A stretch of DNA of 56,364 nucleotides from Lawsonibacter sp. (GTDB lineage: Bacteria; Bacillota; Clostridia; Oscillospirales; Oscillospiraceae). The number at the start of each line of letters is the position of its first letter. Positions within the stretch are counted from its first letter, which is position 1. The DNA is taken from assembly GCA_045591745.1 (NCBI GenBank), contig JAZNTL010000120.1, positions 1 through 56,364 of the forward strand, in the 5' to 3' direction. Below, one piece after another: positions 19,446 through 28,844 of this stretch. Position numbers and translations under genes: made by a program. The notes beneath the pieces are model-generated. The model saw nothing but the letters and a program-made list of their open reading frames with translations, ran no database searches and was not told the origin of the DNA.

Positions 19446-19831
19446 ATAAAAATCCCCCCGCATAGCGGGGGGGTTTCATTTTCGGGCATAGCTCTAATAT
19501 TACTGGCTGCGCACAAGTGCGCCTTTTATTGGCTTGCCAGCCGTGCATCTGTTACTTGCTACCCGTAAACGGGTCTTGCTTTTTGCTGTTTTCCGCACTC
19601 CAACACATTTCCCGTCCTCTATAGCCTCCCTTGTGTAAAGGGAGGTGGCACGGCGACAGCCGTGACGGAGGGATTGTTGCTGCTCAGCCTTCTTGTGAGT
19701 TCCTTTCCCAACACAATCCCCCAGTCTCCGCTTACGCGGAGCCAGCCCCCTTTACACAAGGGGGCCCTCGCTGCGGCGAACTTTTTTAACTCTTAAGCTC
19801 TTTTGAACCACGCGACTATCGCGTGGTTTTC
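19446..19831 (-). mobile_element. IS200/IS605-family remnant (both ends, transposase mostly deleted)
   Basis: The minus strand has gacccgtttacgggtagcaagtaa (DPFTGSK*), which resembles clostridial IS200 TnpA C-termini as I recall them. It is followed by the terminal hairpin cccccccgctatgcgggggg; a second end-like hairpin aaccacgcgatagtcgcgtggtt is at 19805-19828. Confidence 0.55.
19622..19768. repeat. REP-like palindromic doublet
   Basis: cctcccttgtgtaaagggagg ... gccccctttacacaagggggc; same family as 1946-2062. Confidence 0.75.
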
Positions 19832-19841
19832 TTTATACAAG

Positions 19842-19871
19842 AAAACGGACGGTGTGCACACCGTCCGTTTT
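19842..19871 (-). terminator. Terminator downstream of rnc
   Basis: aaaacggacggtgtgcacaccgtccgtttt is a perfect inverted repeat. Confidence 0.7.
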
Positions 19872-19877
19872 TGATCT

Positions 19878-20549
19878 TTATTTACTTTCCATCTTTTCAA
19901 TGGCCGCCTTAGCCGCCATCTGTTCCGCTGCTTTTTTGCTGTGACCTCTGCCTTCGCCCATCATCTCGCCGTCTACGCACACCTGCGTGACGAATACCCG
20001 GCAGTGGTCCGGCCCGGTCTCGCCCACCAGCTTGTATTCAATAGCCTTACCCGGTGGGCGCTGGACCAGCTCCTGCAGGGCGGTCTTGTAATCCCGGGGG
20101 GCACCGGCCTGCTGGCTGCGGCTGAGCACGTAGCGGTGGATGATCTTGCGTGCGCTGCCAATTCCGCCGTCCAGATAGACTGCGGCCAGCACCGCCTCCA
20201 CCGCGTCGGCCTGAATGGAGGGTCGGTTGCGGCCACCGCACAGTTCCTCGCCCTTGCCCAGACGCAGATGGCTGCCCAGATTCAGTTCATGGGCCACTTC
20301 CACCAGACTCTCTTCACATACAAGGGCCGCCCGGGTACGGGTCAGCTCCCCCTCCGGCATGTCCGGACAGGTACGATAGAGATGATCTGCCACCACCATG
20401 CCCAGCACCGAGTCACCCAAAAACTCCAGCCGCTCGTTGCTGGTATAGCGGCCCCGGCTCTCGTTGGCATAGGAGCTGTGAGTCAGCGCGTGCTCCAGCA
20501 GGGAAATATCCTGAAAGGTATAACCCAGCTTTTCTTGCAGAGATTTCAT
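19878..20549 (-). CDS. rnc: Ribonuclease III
   Basis: ALTHSSY, NERLEFLGDSVL, and a dsRBD (DYKTALQE...SKKAAEQMAA). Confidence 0.97.
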   Translation of the reverse strand: MKSLQEKLGYTFQDISLLEHALTHSSYANESRGRYTSNERLEFLGDSVLGMVVADHLYRTCPDMPEGELTRTRAALVCEESLVEVAHELNLGSHLRLGKGEELCGGRNRPSIQADAVEAVLAAVYLDGGIGSARKIIHRYVLSRSQQAGAPRDYKTALQELVQRPPGKAIEYKLVGETGPDHCRVFVTQVCVDGEMMGEGRGHSKKAAEQMAAKAAIEKMESK

Positions 20550-20610
20550 TTCCTCACCCGTTTCAGCGAAAGCAAAGCTCCGCCAATGGCGGAGCTTTGT
20601 CTTGTTTTTG

Positions 20611-20847
20611 TCAGTTATCCACCCGGCTCTGCAGGAAGCGGACCAGATCACCCACGGTGGTGATACCGGAAATTTCCTCCTCGGTCAGCTCCTCCACACC
20701 AAAAACTTCTTCCAGAGCCATGGACATGTCCACAAGGTCCAGAGAGTCGGCGCCCAGATCCTCTTCAAAAGAGGTGTCCATGGTGATGGTGTTGGCCTCT
20801 ACACCGAACTGCTCGGCCAGCAGGTCCTTCAACTGTTCAAAGATCAT
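20611..20847 (-). CDS. acpP: Acyl carrier protein
   Basis: DLGADSLD phosphopantetheine site in an acidic 78-aa protein. Confidence 0.95.
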   Translation of the reverse strand: MIFEQLKDLLAEQFGVEANTITMDTSFEEDLGADSLDLVDMSMALEEVFGVEELTEEEISGITTVGDLVRFLQSRVDN

Positions 20848-20881
20848 ACGTTTTCAAACTCCTTACCCAAGGTATACACCT

Positions 20882-20910
20882 AATATAGGCATGATTTCCT
20901 GTCGTGTCAA
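20882..20910 (-). promoter_or_regulatory. Sigma-A promoter for acpP-rnc
   Basis: TTGACA-N17-TATATT. Confidence 0.6.
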
Positions 20911-20934
20911 TAGGTTTCGAAAAATTTCTCCCGG

Positions 20935-21966
20935 TCATTCCTGAACATCCCGGCCCAGACGCATATAGTCCACGTTTTCCGTGATGTTCTCCACGATGCC
21001 GGAGGAAGCCACCTGCATAGCCTGCCGCACCGCGTTCTTGATGGCATATTCATTGGAAGAACCGTGGGCCTTGATCACCGGCTTGGAAATACCCAGCAGA
21101 GGAGTTCCACCCACCTCGTCAGAGCTCATGAGCTTTTTCAGCTCCCGGACCCCACCGGACACGATCAGCGCCGCCAGCTTGGTCAGCAGGTTCTTCTTAA
21201 ACACCTTTTTGATCTCACGCATCAGGAACAGGGCGCTGCCCTCAATGGCCTTGAGGAAGATGTTGCCGGAGTAGCCGTCGGCCACAATGACATCCACCGC
21301 GCCCTCTACGGCATCCCGGGCCTCCACGTTGCCCACGAAGTTCAGCCGGCCTTCCTGCTTGGCCTGCATGAGCTTGGCATAGGTCTCCCGCTGCAGGTCA
21401 GTGCCCTTGCTGGGCTCCGTACCGATGTTCAAAAGGCCCACCTTGGGTTCGGGGCGGCCCAAAATATGTTCGGCATAGTATGCACCCATATAGGCGAACT
21501 GAAGCAGATACTCAGTGCTGCACTCGGCATTGGCACCACAGTCCACCAGGACCGCACCACCGTTGCCTGTGGGGATGACGGGAGCCATAGCCGCCCGGCG
21601 GATGCCCCGGATCCGTTTGACGATCAGGGTGGCCGCAGACAGCAGCGCACCGGTAGAGCCTGCGCTGACAAAGGCATCCCCTTCCCCATTCTTCAGCAAA
21701 TTCAGACCCACAGTCAAAGATGAGTCTTTCTTCTCACGGAAAGCTGTTGCGGGGTTGTCACAGATCTCTACCACTTCACTGGCATGGGCGATCTCCACCC
21801 CGGCGGGCAACTGCTCGATGCCGTTTTCCTTTAGCACGGTCAGAATGTCCTCTCCCCTGCCCACTAGAGTAATGTCCACACCATATTCCTTGTTGGCCTG
21901 AACCGCACCCAGCACAGGTGCCTTTGGGGCGTTGTCACCGCCCATAGCGTCTACAATAATGCGCAT
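20935..21966 (-). CDS. plsX: Phosphate acyltransferase PlsX
   Basis: VDAMGGDNAP, SAGSTGA, VGLLNIGTE, DGYSGN, IKAHGSS. Confidence 0.97.
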   Translation of the reverse strand: MRIIVDAMGGDNAPKAPVLGAVQANKEYGVDITLVGRGEDILTVLKENGIEQLPAGVEIAHASEVVEICDNPATAFREKKDSSLTVGLNLLKNGEGDAFVSAGSTGALLSAATLIVKRIRGIRRAAMAPVIPTGNGGAVLVDCGANAECSTEYLLQFAYMGAYYAEHILGRPEPKVGLLNIGTEPSKGTDLQRETYAKLMQAKQEGRLNFVGNVEARDAVEGAVDVIVADGYSGNIFLKAIEGSALFLMREIKKVFKKNLLTKLAALIVSGGVRELKKLMSSDEVGGTPLLGISKPVIKAHGSSNEYAIKNAVRQAMQVASSGIVENITENVDYMRLGRDVQE

Positions 21967-21981
21967 ATGCGTTACCTCACT

Positions 21982-23289
21982 TTATAGATCCGGCTCCAGC
22001 TGGGAAAGCGCCTCCAGAGCGCGTTTGGAAAGCTCTGCGTTCTTGTTTCGCTTGCCCTTCACCCGATAGCCAAGCTGCGGGATCAGGCCGAAATTGATGT
22101 TCATGGGCTGGAACTGGACCACCGATTCGTCGCTGATATAAAGGGCCAGCGCTCCAAGTGCCGTCTCCCGTGGAAAATCTACCGGCGGCTTTTCCAGCAG
22201 CCGGTGGGCAAGCTCCACCGCCGCTACAAAGCCGGAGGCTGTGGACTCTACATAGCCCTCCACTCCGGTGATCTGCCCGGCAAAGGTGATGCGCTCGTTG
22301 CCCCGCACCCGGTAATAACGGTCCAGCAGACGGGGCGAATCCAAATAGGTGTTACGGTGCATCACTCCGTAACGGACGAATTCCGCGTTTTTCAGCGCGG
22401 GGATCATGGAGAACACCCGCTTCTGCTCCGGCCACTTCAAATGGGTCTGGAATCCTACGATGTTATAGATGGATCCCTGAGCATTGTCCCGCCGCAGCTG
22501 CACCACCGCAAAGGGCTCTTTTCCGGTCTTGGGGTCCTTCAGTCCCACGGGCTTGAGGGGCCCATAGCACAGGGTCTGCTTGCCCCGCCGGGCCATGACC
22601 TCCACCGGCATACAGCCCTCGAACACACCCGCATCCTCAAAGCCGTGGACCTCGGCCTCCTGCGCGCTGACAAGCTGCGTCCAGAAGGCATCGTATTCTT
22701 CCTCGGTCATGGGACAGTTGATGTAATCCGGTGTGCCCCGGTCATAGCGGGAGGCAAAATACGCGCTGTCCATGTCCACACTCTCAAAGGTGACAAGGGG
22801 TGCGGCGGCATCAAAGAAATTCAGGTACTTGCTGTCCGGAAACAGCTTGGAAATGGACGCAGACAGGGCATCCGAGGTCAGCGGGCCGCTGGCAACGATG
22901 ACCTGCCCTTCAGCGGGAATTTCCGTGACCTCCCCCTCTACCACGGTGATGAGGGGATGGTTTTTGATTTTTTCCGTGATGGCCGCGGCAAAGGCATGGC
23001 GGTCCACCGCCAGCGCACCACCGGCCTGTACCCGGGTGGCATCGGCGCACTCCATAATGAGCGAGCCGCAGCGGCGCAGCTCTTCTTTGAGCAGTCCCAC
23101 CGCGTTTTCCAGCTGGTCGGAGCGCAGGGAGTTAGAGCACACCAACTCGCCAAAGTCCGGGCTGTGGTGGGCAGGGGTCATTTTATGGGGCTTCATCTCC
23201 CGCAGCTCCACGGGGATGCCCCGCTTGGCCAGCTGCCACGCCGCTTCACTGCCTGCCAGACCCGCGCCGATAACAATAACAGGTTGCAT
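21982..23289 (-). CDS. trmFO: tRNA (uracil-5-)-methyltransferase TrmFO
   Basis: GAGLAGSEAA, ELVCSNSLRS, FFDAAAP, GFQTHLK, YGVMHRN, GVEGYVES. Confidence 0.97.
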   Translation of the reverse strand: MQPVIVIGAGLAGSEAAWQLAKRGIPVELREMKPHKMTPAHHSPDFGELVCSNSLRSDQLENAVGLLKEELRRCGSLIMECADATRVQAGGALAVDRHAFAAAITEKIKNHPLITVVEGEVTEIPAEGQVIVASGPLTSDALSASISKLFPDSKYLNFFDAAAPLVTFESVDMDSAYFASRYDRGTPDYINCPMTEEEYDAFWTQLVSAQEAEVHGFEDAGVFEGCMPVEVMARRGKQTLCYGPLKPVGLKDPKTGKEPFAVVQLRRDNAQGSIYNIVGFQTHLKWPEQKRVFSMIPALKNAEFVRYGVMHRNTYLDSPRLLDRYYRVRGNERITFAGQITGVEGYVESTASGFVAAVELAHRLLEKPPVDFPRETALGALALYISDESVVQFQPMNINFGLIPQLGYRVKGKRNKNAELSKRALEALSQLEPDL

Positions 23290-23306
23290 GATTTTCCTCC
23301 TGTCTT

Positions 23307-23336
23307 AAAAACTTCCCCCCAAGGGGAAGCTTTTTT
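23307..23336. repeat. Single REP-like hairpin
   Basis: aaaacttccccccaaggggaagcttttt; same core as 1005-1130. Confidence 0.55.
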
Positions 23337-23541
23337 ATGCTCTCTTGTCGGTGCGGCCTACCAGATAGTCGATGGTGACACCGTAAAAATCAGCCAACAT
23401 AGTCAAAACCTTGACATTGGGCTCATTTACTTCACTTTCGTAAAACTGATACCCTCTTACACTAATGCCCAAGAGGTCTGCCAGTTCTTTTTGCGGCACT
23501 TTTCTTTCTTTACGCAATAATTTTAATCTCTCTCCGTACAA
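23335..23541 (-). CDS. XRE-family HTH regulator
   Basis: RLKLLRKERKVPQKELADLLGISVRGYQFYE...LADFYGVTIDYLVGRT; TTG start with a GAGGGG RBS. Confidence 0.88.
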   Translation of the reverse strand: MYGERLKLLRKERKVPQKELADLLGISVRGYQFYESEVNEPNVKVLTMLADFYGVTIDYLVGRTDKRA

Positions 23542-23556
23542 ATTGCATTCCCCCTC

Positions 23557-23602
23557 TTGACATGAATGTTTTATTCGTGTATAACATGTATATAATATAC
23601 AT
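23557..23602 (+). promoter_or_regulatory. Sigma-A promoter with palindromic operator
   Basis: TTGACA-N17-TATAAC followed directly by atgtata-taa-tatacat. Confidence 0.6.
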
Positions 23603-23618
23603 ATTTGGAGGTATCTTA

Positions 23619-23882
23619 GTGACCGACTTAATGCTCGCCCTATATCAGTTTGCCGTCACCCGCCGCATGGGCAGTCTGATGGAAGACCCGGAATATGCCG
23701 ATTTCTCCCGCTGCGCCAAGCAGCAGGAGGAAAGCCTGCGCACCCGGCTGGATGCCGCGGGAAAGAAAAATCTAGACGACCTGCTGGGCGAGCTGGAGCT
23801 TGAGCACAGTGCGCAACAGGAGGCCGTATTCCAGGCCGCCTTCTCCCTGTCCCGGGAGCTGAACGGTCTGCTGTGGCCTTAA
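23619..23882 (+). CDS. Hypothetical protein divergent from the XRE gene
   Basis: GGAGG RBS with a GTG start; 87 aa, helical-looking. Confidence 0.65.
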   Translation: MTDLMLALYQFAVTRRMGSLMEDPEYADFSRCAKQQEESLRTRLDAAGKKNLDDLLGELELEHSAQQEAVFQAAFSLSRELNGLLWP

Positions 23883-26143
23883 CTCTGCGCTTTCTTGGTG
23901 GTCTTTTTCGCGGTGGTTTTCTTTGCCGCAGACTTTTTTACAGTGGGCTTCTTCGCCGCAGTCTTTTTAGCTGTCTTCTTCTCCCCCTCGGCATCGGCGG
24001 CAGGCTTTTTCCAGCCGCCGCGCTTGTCCTCCGGGGTGAAGTTGGAGCAGTCCTCATGGATGCAGAAGGGCTTTTTGGCGCCGCGGCCGGACTTCTTGAA
24101 CATGGTGCGGCCGCACACGGGGCAGTTGTCCTTTACCGGCACGTCCCAGGTCATAAAGCCGATCAGCTCGCCACCCTCGGCGCTGACACCGCGCCAGGGG
24201 CATTCCTTGCCCTTTTCGCAGGCATAGTAGGTGTGGCCGTTACGGCTGGTGCGCTTGAGGATACGGCTGCCGCAGCCGGGGCACTTGCCGGGCATCTCCA
24301 CCACCAGCGGCATGGTAAAGCCGCACTCGGGATAGCCGGGGCAGGCCAGGAAACGGCCAAACCGACCCGACTTGACCACCAGATTGCGTCCGCAGTCGGG
24401 GCAGACCTCTTCGGAAACCTCCGCCTCGATCTGCTGGCGCTCACCCTCCTCCGCCACCTTTAGCTTTTCCTCAAAGCCGCCGTAGAAGCCTCGCAGGATG
24501 TCCTTCCATGCCACTGCGCCGTGCTCCACGCCGTCCAGCTGCTTTTCCATGTCGGCGGTGAAGCCCACGTCTACGATATTGTCAAAGTACTTCTTCATCC
24601 ACGCAGTCACACCCTTACCCAGCGGGGTGGCACGCAGATACTTGCTCTCCTTGACCACATACTCACGATTCAGAATAGTGGAGATGGTAGGTGCGTAGGT
24701 AGAAGGACGGCCAATGCCCTTTTCCTCCAGCGCACGGATGAGGGTAGCCTCGGTATACCGGGCGGGGGGCTGGGTAAAGTGCTGGGCCTTCTTGATCTCG
24801 GCCAACCGGACCCGTTCCCCCTCCTTCAGGTCGGGCAGGGGCGACTGAGCGACCTCTTCTTCCTCGTCTTTCCCTTCCTCATAAACAGCTGTAAAGCCGC
24901 CAAACTTCACAGAAGAATGGTTGGCTCGGAACAGATAGCCCGCAGATTCCACATCAATGGACACGCTGTCATACACCGCGTTGGCCATCTGACAGGCCAG
25001 AAAACGGCTCCAGATCAGCTTGTAAAGGCGGTACTGCTCTCCGGTCAGGTCCTTGCGGATGTCCTCGGGCACCAGCGTCACATCGGAAGGACGGATGGCT
25101 TCGTGGGCATCCTGCGCGCCGGACTTGGTCTTAAAGCGGCGGGTCTTTTCCGGATAATACTGCGCGCCGTAGCGGCTGTGGATAAACTCCTTGGCCTGAG
25201 CCGGCGCCTCGTCAGACAGGCGCAGAGAGTCAGTACGCATGTAAGTGATCAGACCCACGGTGCCCTCACCGGAGATGTCAATGCCCTCGTACAGCTGCTG
25301 GGCAATGGACATGGTGCGGGCAGGGGTCATATTCAGTTTGCGGGACGCCTCCTGCTGGAGGGTAGAGGTAGTAAAGGGAGGGGCGGGCTGGCGGCTCTTG
25401 TCCTGCCGCTTGACCTTTGCCACGGTAAAGGGCGCATCCTTCACAGCACTGACCACCTGCTCAGCCTGCTGCTCGCTGTCCAGCTCCATCTTTTTGTCCT
25501 TGCCGTGGAACTGGGCCTTAAAATCACCCAGATTAGGGGCAATGCGGGACAGGTCGGCTTCCAGCGTCCAGTACTCCTGGCTCTGGAAGGCCTGGATCTC
25601 CTCCTCCCGCTCCACCACAAGCCGGGTGGCCACAGACTGCACACGGCCGGCAGACAGGCCACGGCGGATCTTCTTCCACAGCAGCGGGGACAGCTGATAA
25701 CCCACGATGCGGTCCAACACGCGCCGGGCCTGCTGGGCATCCACCAGGTTGGAGTCGATGGGCCGGGGTGCGGCGATGGATTCGGTGACCACCCGCTTGG
25801 TGATCTCGTTAAAGGTCACGCGGTAGGTCTTCTCGTCCGGGATATCCAGCAGCTCCTTCAAATGCCAGGAGATGGCCTCACCCTCGCGGTCCGGGTCGGT
25901 TGCAAGGTAGACGTTCTTGCTGGCCTTGGCCGCCTTCTTCAGGTCCTTGATGGTGTCTTCCTTACCCTTGATAGGCTGGTAATCGGGCCGAAAGTCCTGC
26001 TCAATATCCACACCGATCTTGCTTTTGGGCAGGTCACGCACATGGCCCATGGAGGCCTTGACCTCGTACTCCGGGCCCAAATATTTGCCAATGGTTTTCG
26101 CCTTGGACGGTGACTCCACGATCACCAGATTGGTCTTTGCCAT
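23879..26143 (-). CDS. topA: DNA topoisomerase I
   Basis: IVESPSKAKTI, ATDPDREGEAI, SAGRVQS, ITYMRTDS, zinc ribbons and a Lys/Ala-rich tail. Confidence 0.98.
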   Translation of the reverse strand: MAKTNLVIVESPSKAKTIGKYLGPEYEVKASMGHVRDLPKSKIGVDIEQDFRPDYQPIKGKEDTIKDLKKAAKASKNVYLATDPDREGEAISWHLKELLDIPDEKTYRVTFNEITKRVVTESIAAPRPIDSNLVDAQQARRVLDRIVGYQLSPLLWKKIRRGLSAGRVQSVATRLVVEREEEIQAFQSQEYWTLEADLSRIAPNLGDFKAQFHGKDKKMELDSEQQAEQVVSAVKDAPFTVAKVKRQDKSRQPAPPFTTSTLQQEASRKLNMTPARTMSIAQQLYEGIDISGEGTVGLITYMRTDSLRLSDEAPAQAKEFIHSRYGAQYYPEKTRRFKTKSGAQDAHEAIRPSDVTLVPEDIRKDLTGEQYRLYKLIWSRFLACQMANAVYDSVSIDVESAGYLFRANHSSVKFGGFTAVYEEGKDEEEEVAQSPLPDLKEGERVRLAEIKKAQHFTQPPARYTEATLIRALEEKGIGRPSTYAPTISTILNREYVVKESKYLRATPLGKGVTAWMKKYFDNIVDVGFTADMEKQLDGVEHGAVAWKDILRGFYGGFEEKLKVAEEGERQQIEAEVSEEVCPDCGRNLVVKSGRFGRFLACPGYPECGFTMPLVVEMPGKCPGCGSRILKRTSRNGHTYYACEKGKECPWRGVSAEGGELIGFMTWDVPVKDNCPVCGRTMFKKSGRGAKKPFCIHEDCSNFTPEDKRGGWKKPAADAEGEKKTAKKTAAKKPTVKKSAAKKTTAKKTTKKAQS

Positions 26144-26184
26144 ATTATCCTCCAATCGCCTGTCCCGCAAAGGGACGGGCGTTT

Positions 26185-27399
26185 TTATTCCTCTTCCAGT
26201 TCCACCAGGGAAACAAACCGCTTGCCCGGCTTTTCCGCCACACAGCCCCCGATTTGAAGCATGGTCAGGGCTGACAGCACCCGCTTGGCCGGGATCTGGG
26301 TGCGCTCCACCAGCTCGTCCGCCTGACAGGTTTTTCCCTGCATGGCGTGGAGAATGGCCAGCTCATCGTCGGTAAAGCCGTCCGGTTTGCGCTTGACGAT
26401 ACTATATTCCCTGTCTTTTCCCTTGTCAACAGTGGTTTTTTGTCGAACGGCCGGCTCCGGATTCGAAATTGCCTCCAGCCTTTGCTGTTCTTCCTGCGCA
26501 GTCAGCCTGGGCACCCGGGCCAGTTTGACCGGGTAGCGGTCCCGGTATTCCACCAGAACATCCTCCGCGGACAGCACCGGTTTGGCCCCCTGCTGTATCA
26601 AACGCAGGCAACCTCGGCTGTTGACCGCGTCCACATTGCCGGGCACGGCGAACACGTCCCGGTTCTGTTCCAGCGCCCGCTCCGCGGTGATCAGGGCGCC
26701 GCTGTTAAATTCCGGCGCTTCCACCACGACCACCCCCAGCGACAGGCCGCTGATGATGCGGTTGCGCACCGGGAAGTGACTGCCCAGATTCTCCGTTCCG
26801 GGAGGATACTCACTCATAAGCAGTCCGGATGCGGCCACATCCTCGTACAAAAAGCGGTTGGCCCACGGGTAGGGCACGTCGATACCGCCGCCTACCACGC
26901 TGACTACCGTTTTTCCGCCCTGAAGGGCCCCGCGCACAGCGCAGGTATCGATTCCCGCCGCCATACCGGATACCACCAGTGCGCCGCCCCGGGCCAGTTC
27001 AAGTCCCAGTCGTTTTGCCACGGTCTTTCCGTACTCGGTGGCCTCCCGTGTGCCTACGATGCCAACGGCTACCTCCTCGTCAAAGTCGGGCAGCTTTCCT
27101 TTCAGATAGAGCACGCAGGGCGCGTCATCCAGCTGACGCAGCCGCTCCGGGTAGTCGGCATCCTGCAGGGTCATAATGCGGATGCCCAGCCGGTCACAGT
27201 CGGCCAACACTTTATCAGCCTCAGACATGGAGCGGTCCTGCAAGGCACGGCTCAGCCCGGGTGACAATAACTGATACTCCTCCGGGTCTGCAAAGAAGGC
27301 CCGCTCCGGTGTTCCGAAATGGTCCAGCACCGTGTGCATCCCCTGCACACCCACGCCCCTGCGCGTAGCCAGCCACAGCCAGTATTTCAGTGATGACAC
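26185..27399 (-). CDS. dprA: DNA-processing protein DprA
   Basis: IVGTR, VSGMAAGID, FPVRNRIISGLS, SGALITA, LIQQGA and a C-terminal winged helix. Confidence 0.95.
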   Translation of the reverse strand: MSSLKYWLWLATRRGVGVQGMHTVLDHFGTPERAFFADPEEYQLLSPGLSRALQDRSMSEADKVLADCDRLGIRIMTLQDADYPERLRQLDDAPCVLYLKGKLPDFDEEVAVGIVGTREATEYGKTVAKRLGLELARGGALVVSGMAAGIDTCAVRGALQGGKTVVSVVGGGIDVPYPWANRFLYEDVAASGLLMSEYPPGTENLGSHFPVRNRIISGLSLGVVVVEAPEFNSGALITAERALEQNRDVFAVPGNVDAVNSRGCLRLIQQGAKPVLSAEDVLVEYRDRYPVKLARVPRLTAQEEQQRLEAISNPEPAVRQKTTVDKGKDREYSIVKRKPDGFTDDELAILHAMQGKTCQADELVERTQIPAKRVLSALTMLQIGGCVAEKPGKRFVSLVELEEE

Positions 27400-27423
27400 C
27401 TTGCGTCCTCCTCTCGTTTTTTG

Positions 27424-28182
27424 TCAGCGGGCCATCTCCCACAGCACCACCGCAGCGGCGGCTGCGGCATTCAGCGATTCACACCGCTCCCGCATAGGGA
27501 TCTTCAGGGTCTTTTTGCTCATGGCGAGCATTTCTTCGGATACCCCCCTGCCCTCGCTGCCGATGACCACGGCGCAGCGGCTCAGGTCCGCGTCACGCAG
27601 GTCGAGGGTATCCTCTCTCAGTGCAGTCGCATACAACGGCAGGCCGGACCGCTCCAACAGAGCGGGGAGGTCCTGCCGTTTTACTTCGTGTACCGGCAGT
27701 CGGAAGCAGGCACCCATGGTAGCCCGCACCGTCTTCCAATTCCACGGGTCGGCACATTCCCCCGTCAGAATCAAGCCATCTGTCCCAAGGGCATCTGCCG
27801 TGCGCCAGATGGTGCCCACATTCCCCGGGTCCTGCACCCCGTCCAGCACCATATAACGCTGGCCGGGCAGTTTTTGGGGCACATCCTGTCCCGGCATGCC
27901 GCACAGGAACAAAGCCCCCTGCGGGGCCTTCATGGGCGAAATAGAGGCCATAACATCCTCTGGCACCTGCACCACCCGCACTCCTGCGGGCAGGGTCGGC
28001 AACTGTGTCCCAGTGCTGTGTACCACACAGGTCAGTGGTGCGTTCCAGCGCACCGCTTCTTCCAGCATTTTTGTTCCGTCACCCAGAAATTCACCGCTTT
28101 CCCTGCGGTAAGCGCGATCACTGATCAGCTTGCGGATGTGGGTAATGAGAGGATTTTTCCGGCTGGTGATCTGTTCCATCAC
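27424..28182 (-). CDS. TrmH/SpoU family RNA methyltransferase
   Basis: VQDPGNVGTIWRTA, GSEGRG, ESLNAA. Confidence 0.93.
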   Translation of the reverse strand: MMEQITSRKNPLITHIRKLISDRAYRRESGEFLGDGTKMLEEAVRWNAPLTCVVHSTGTQLPTLPAGVRVVQVPEDVMASISPMKAPQGALFLCGMPGQDVPQKLPGQRYMVLDGVQDPGNVGTIWRTADALGTDGLILTGECADPWNWKTVRATMGACFRLPVHEVKRQDLPALLERSGLPLYATALREDTLDLRDADLSRCAVVIGSEGRGVSEEMLAMSKKTLKIPMRERCESLNAAAAAAVVLWEMAR

Positions 28183-28826
28183 AGTCCCTCCAGCCCTCGA
28201 ATATCCTCATTGCGACCCAGTACCACCATGCAATCCTCCGTTTGGAATACAAAGTCTCTGCCCGGAGAAATGGTCATGCCATCTTCCCGGCGCACCGCAA
28301 TGACGCTCAAATGGTACTTGGCGCGGATATTCAACTCTACAAGGGAGTGGCCTGCCCAGCTTTGGGGCACGCGCTGCTCCACCATGGAGTATTCATTAGA
28401 CAGCTCTATAAAGTTCAGAATATCGCCGTTGGACAGGCTGTGCGCCAATCGCAGCGCCATCTCCTGCTCGGGAAAGACCACCTGATCGGCACCGATTTTT
28501 TCCAACACCTTTCGATGGACCGCGCTGCTGGCCTTGCTGACCACACGGGCCACACCCTGCTCTTTCAGGTTCAGTGTGATTAGGGCACTGTCTCCCACGT
28601 CTGCGGAAAAGGCCACCACGGCACAGTCGAAATTACGTGCACCAACATCCCGCAGCACGTCCGGGTCTCGGGCATCGCCGATCACCGCCTGAGTCAGTAC
28701 ATCGGCCACCGCCTGTACCTTGTCCTTGCGCACATCCATACCAAGCACCTCGTGCCCCTGCTCTCGCAGGCGCAGTGCTAGCGCCATACCAAAGCGGCCC
28801 AAGCCGATTATAAAAAAGCTTTTCAT
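28179..28826 (-). CDS. TrkA/KtrA family K+ uptake regulatory subunit
   Basis: IGLGRFG RCK_N domain, GADQVVFPE and an RCK_C domain. Confidence 0.93.
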   Translation of the reverse strand: MKSFFIIGLGRFGMALALRLREQGHEVLGMDVRKDKVQAVADVLTQAVIGDARDPDVLRDVGARNFDCAVVAFSADVGDSALITLNLKEQGVARVVSKASSAVHRKVLEKIGADQVVFPEQEMALRLAHSLSNGDILNFIELSNEYSMVEQRVPQSWAGHSLVELNIRAKYHLSVIAVRREDGMTISPGRDFVFQTEDCMVVLGRNEDIRGLEGL

Positions 28827-28844
28827 GTGCAGCTCCTCTCCCTG

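Noticed and set aside
23885-23990. Repetitive KKTA/AKK-encoding tract
   Set aside because: Ordinary low-complexity basic tail of TopA.
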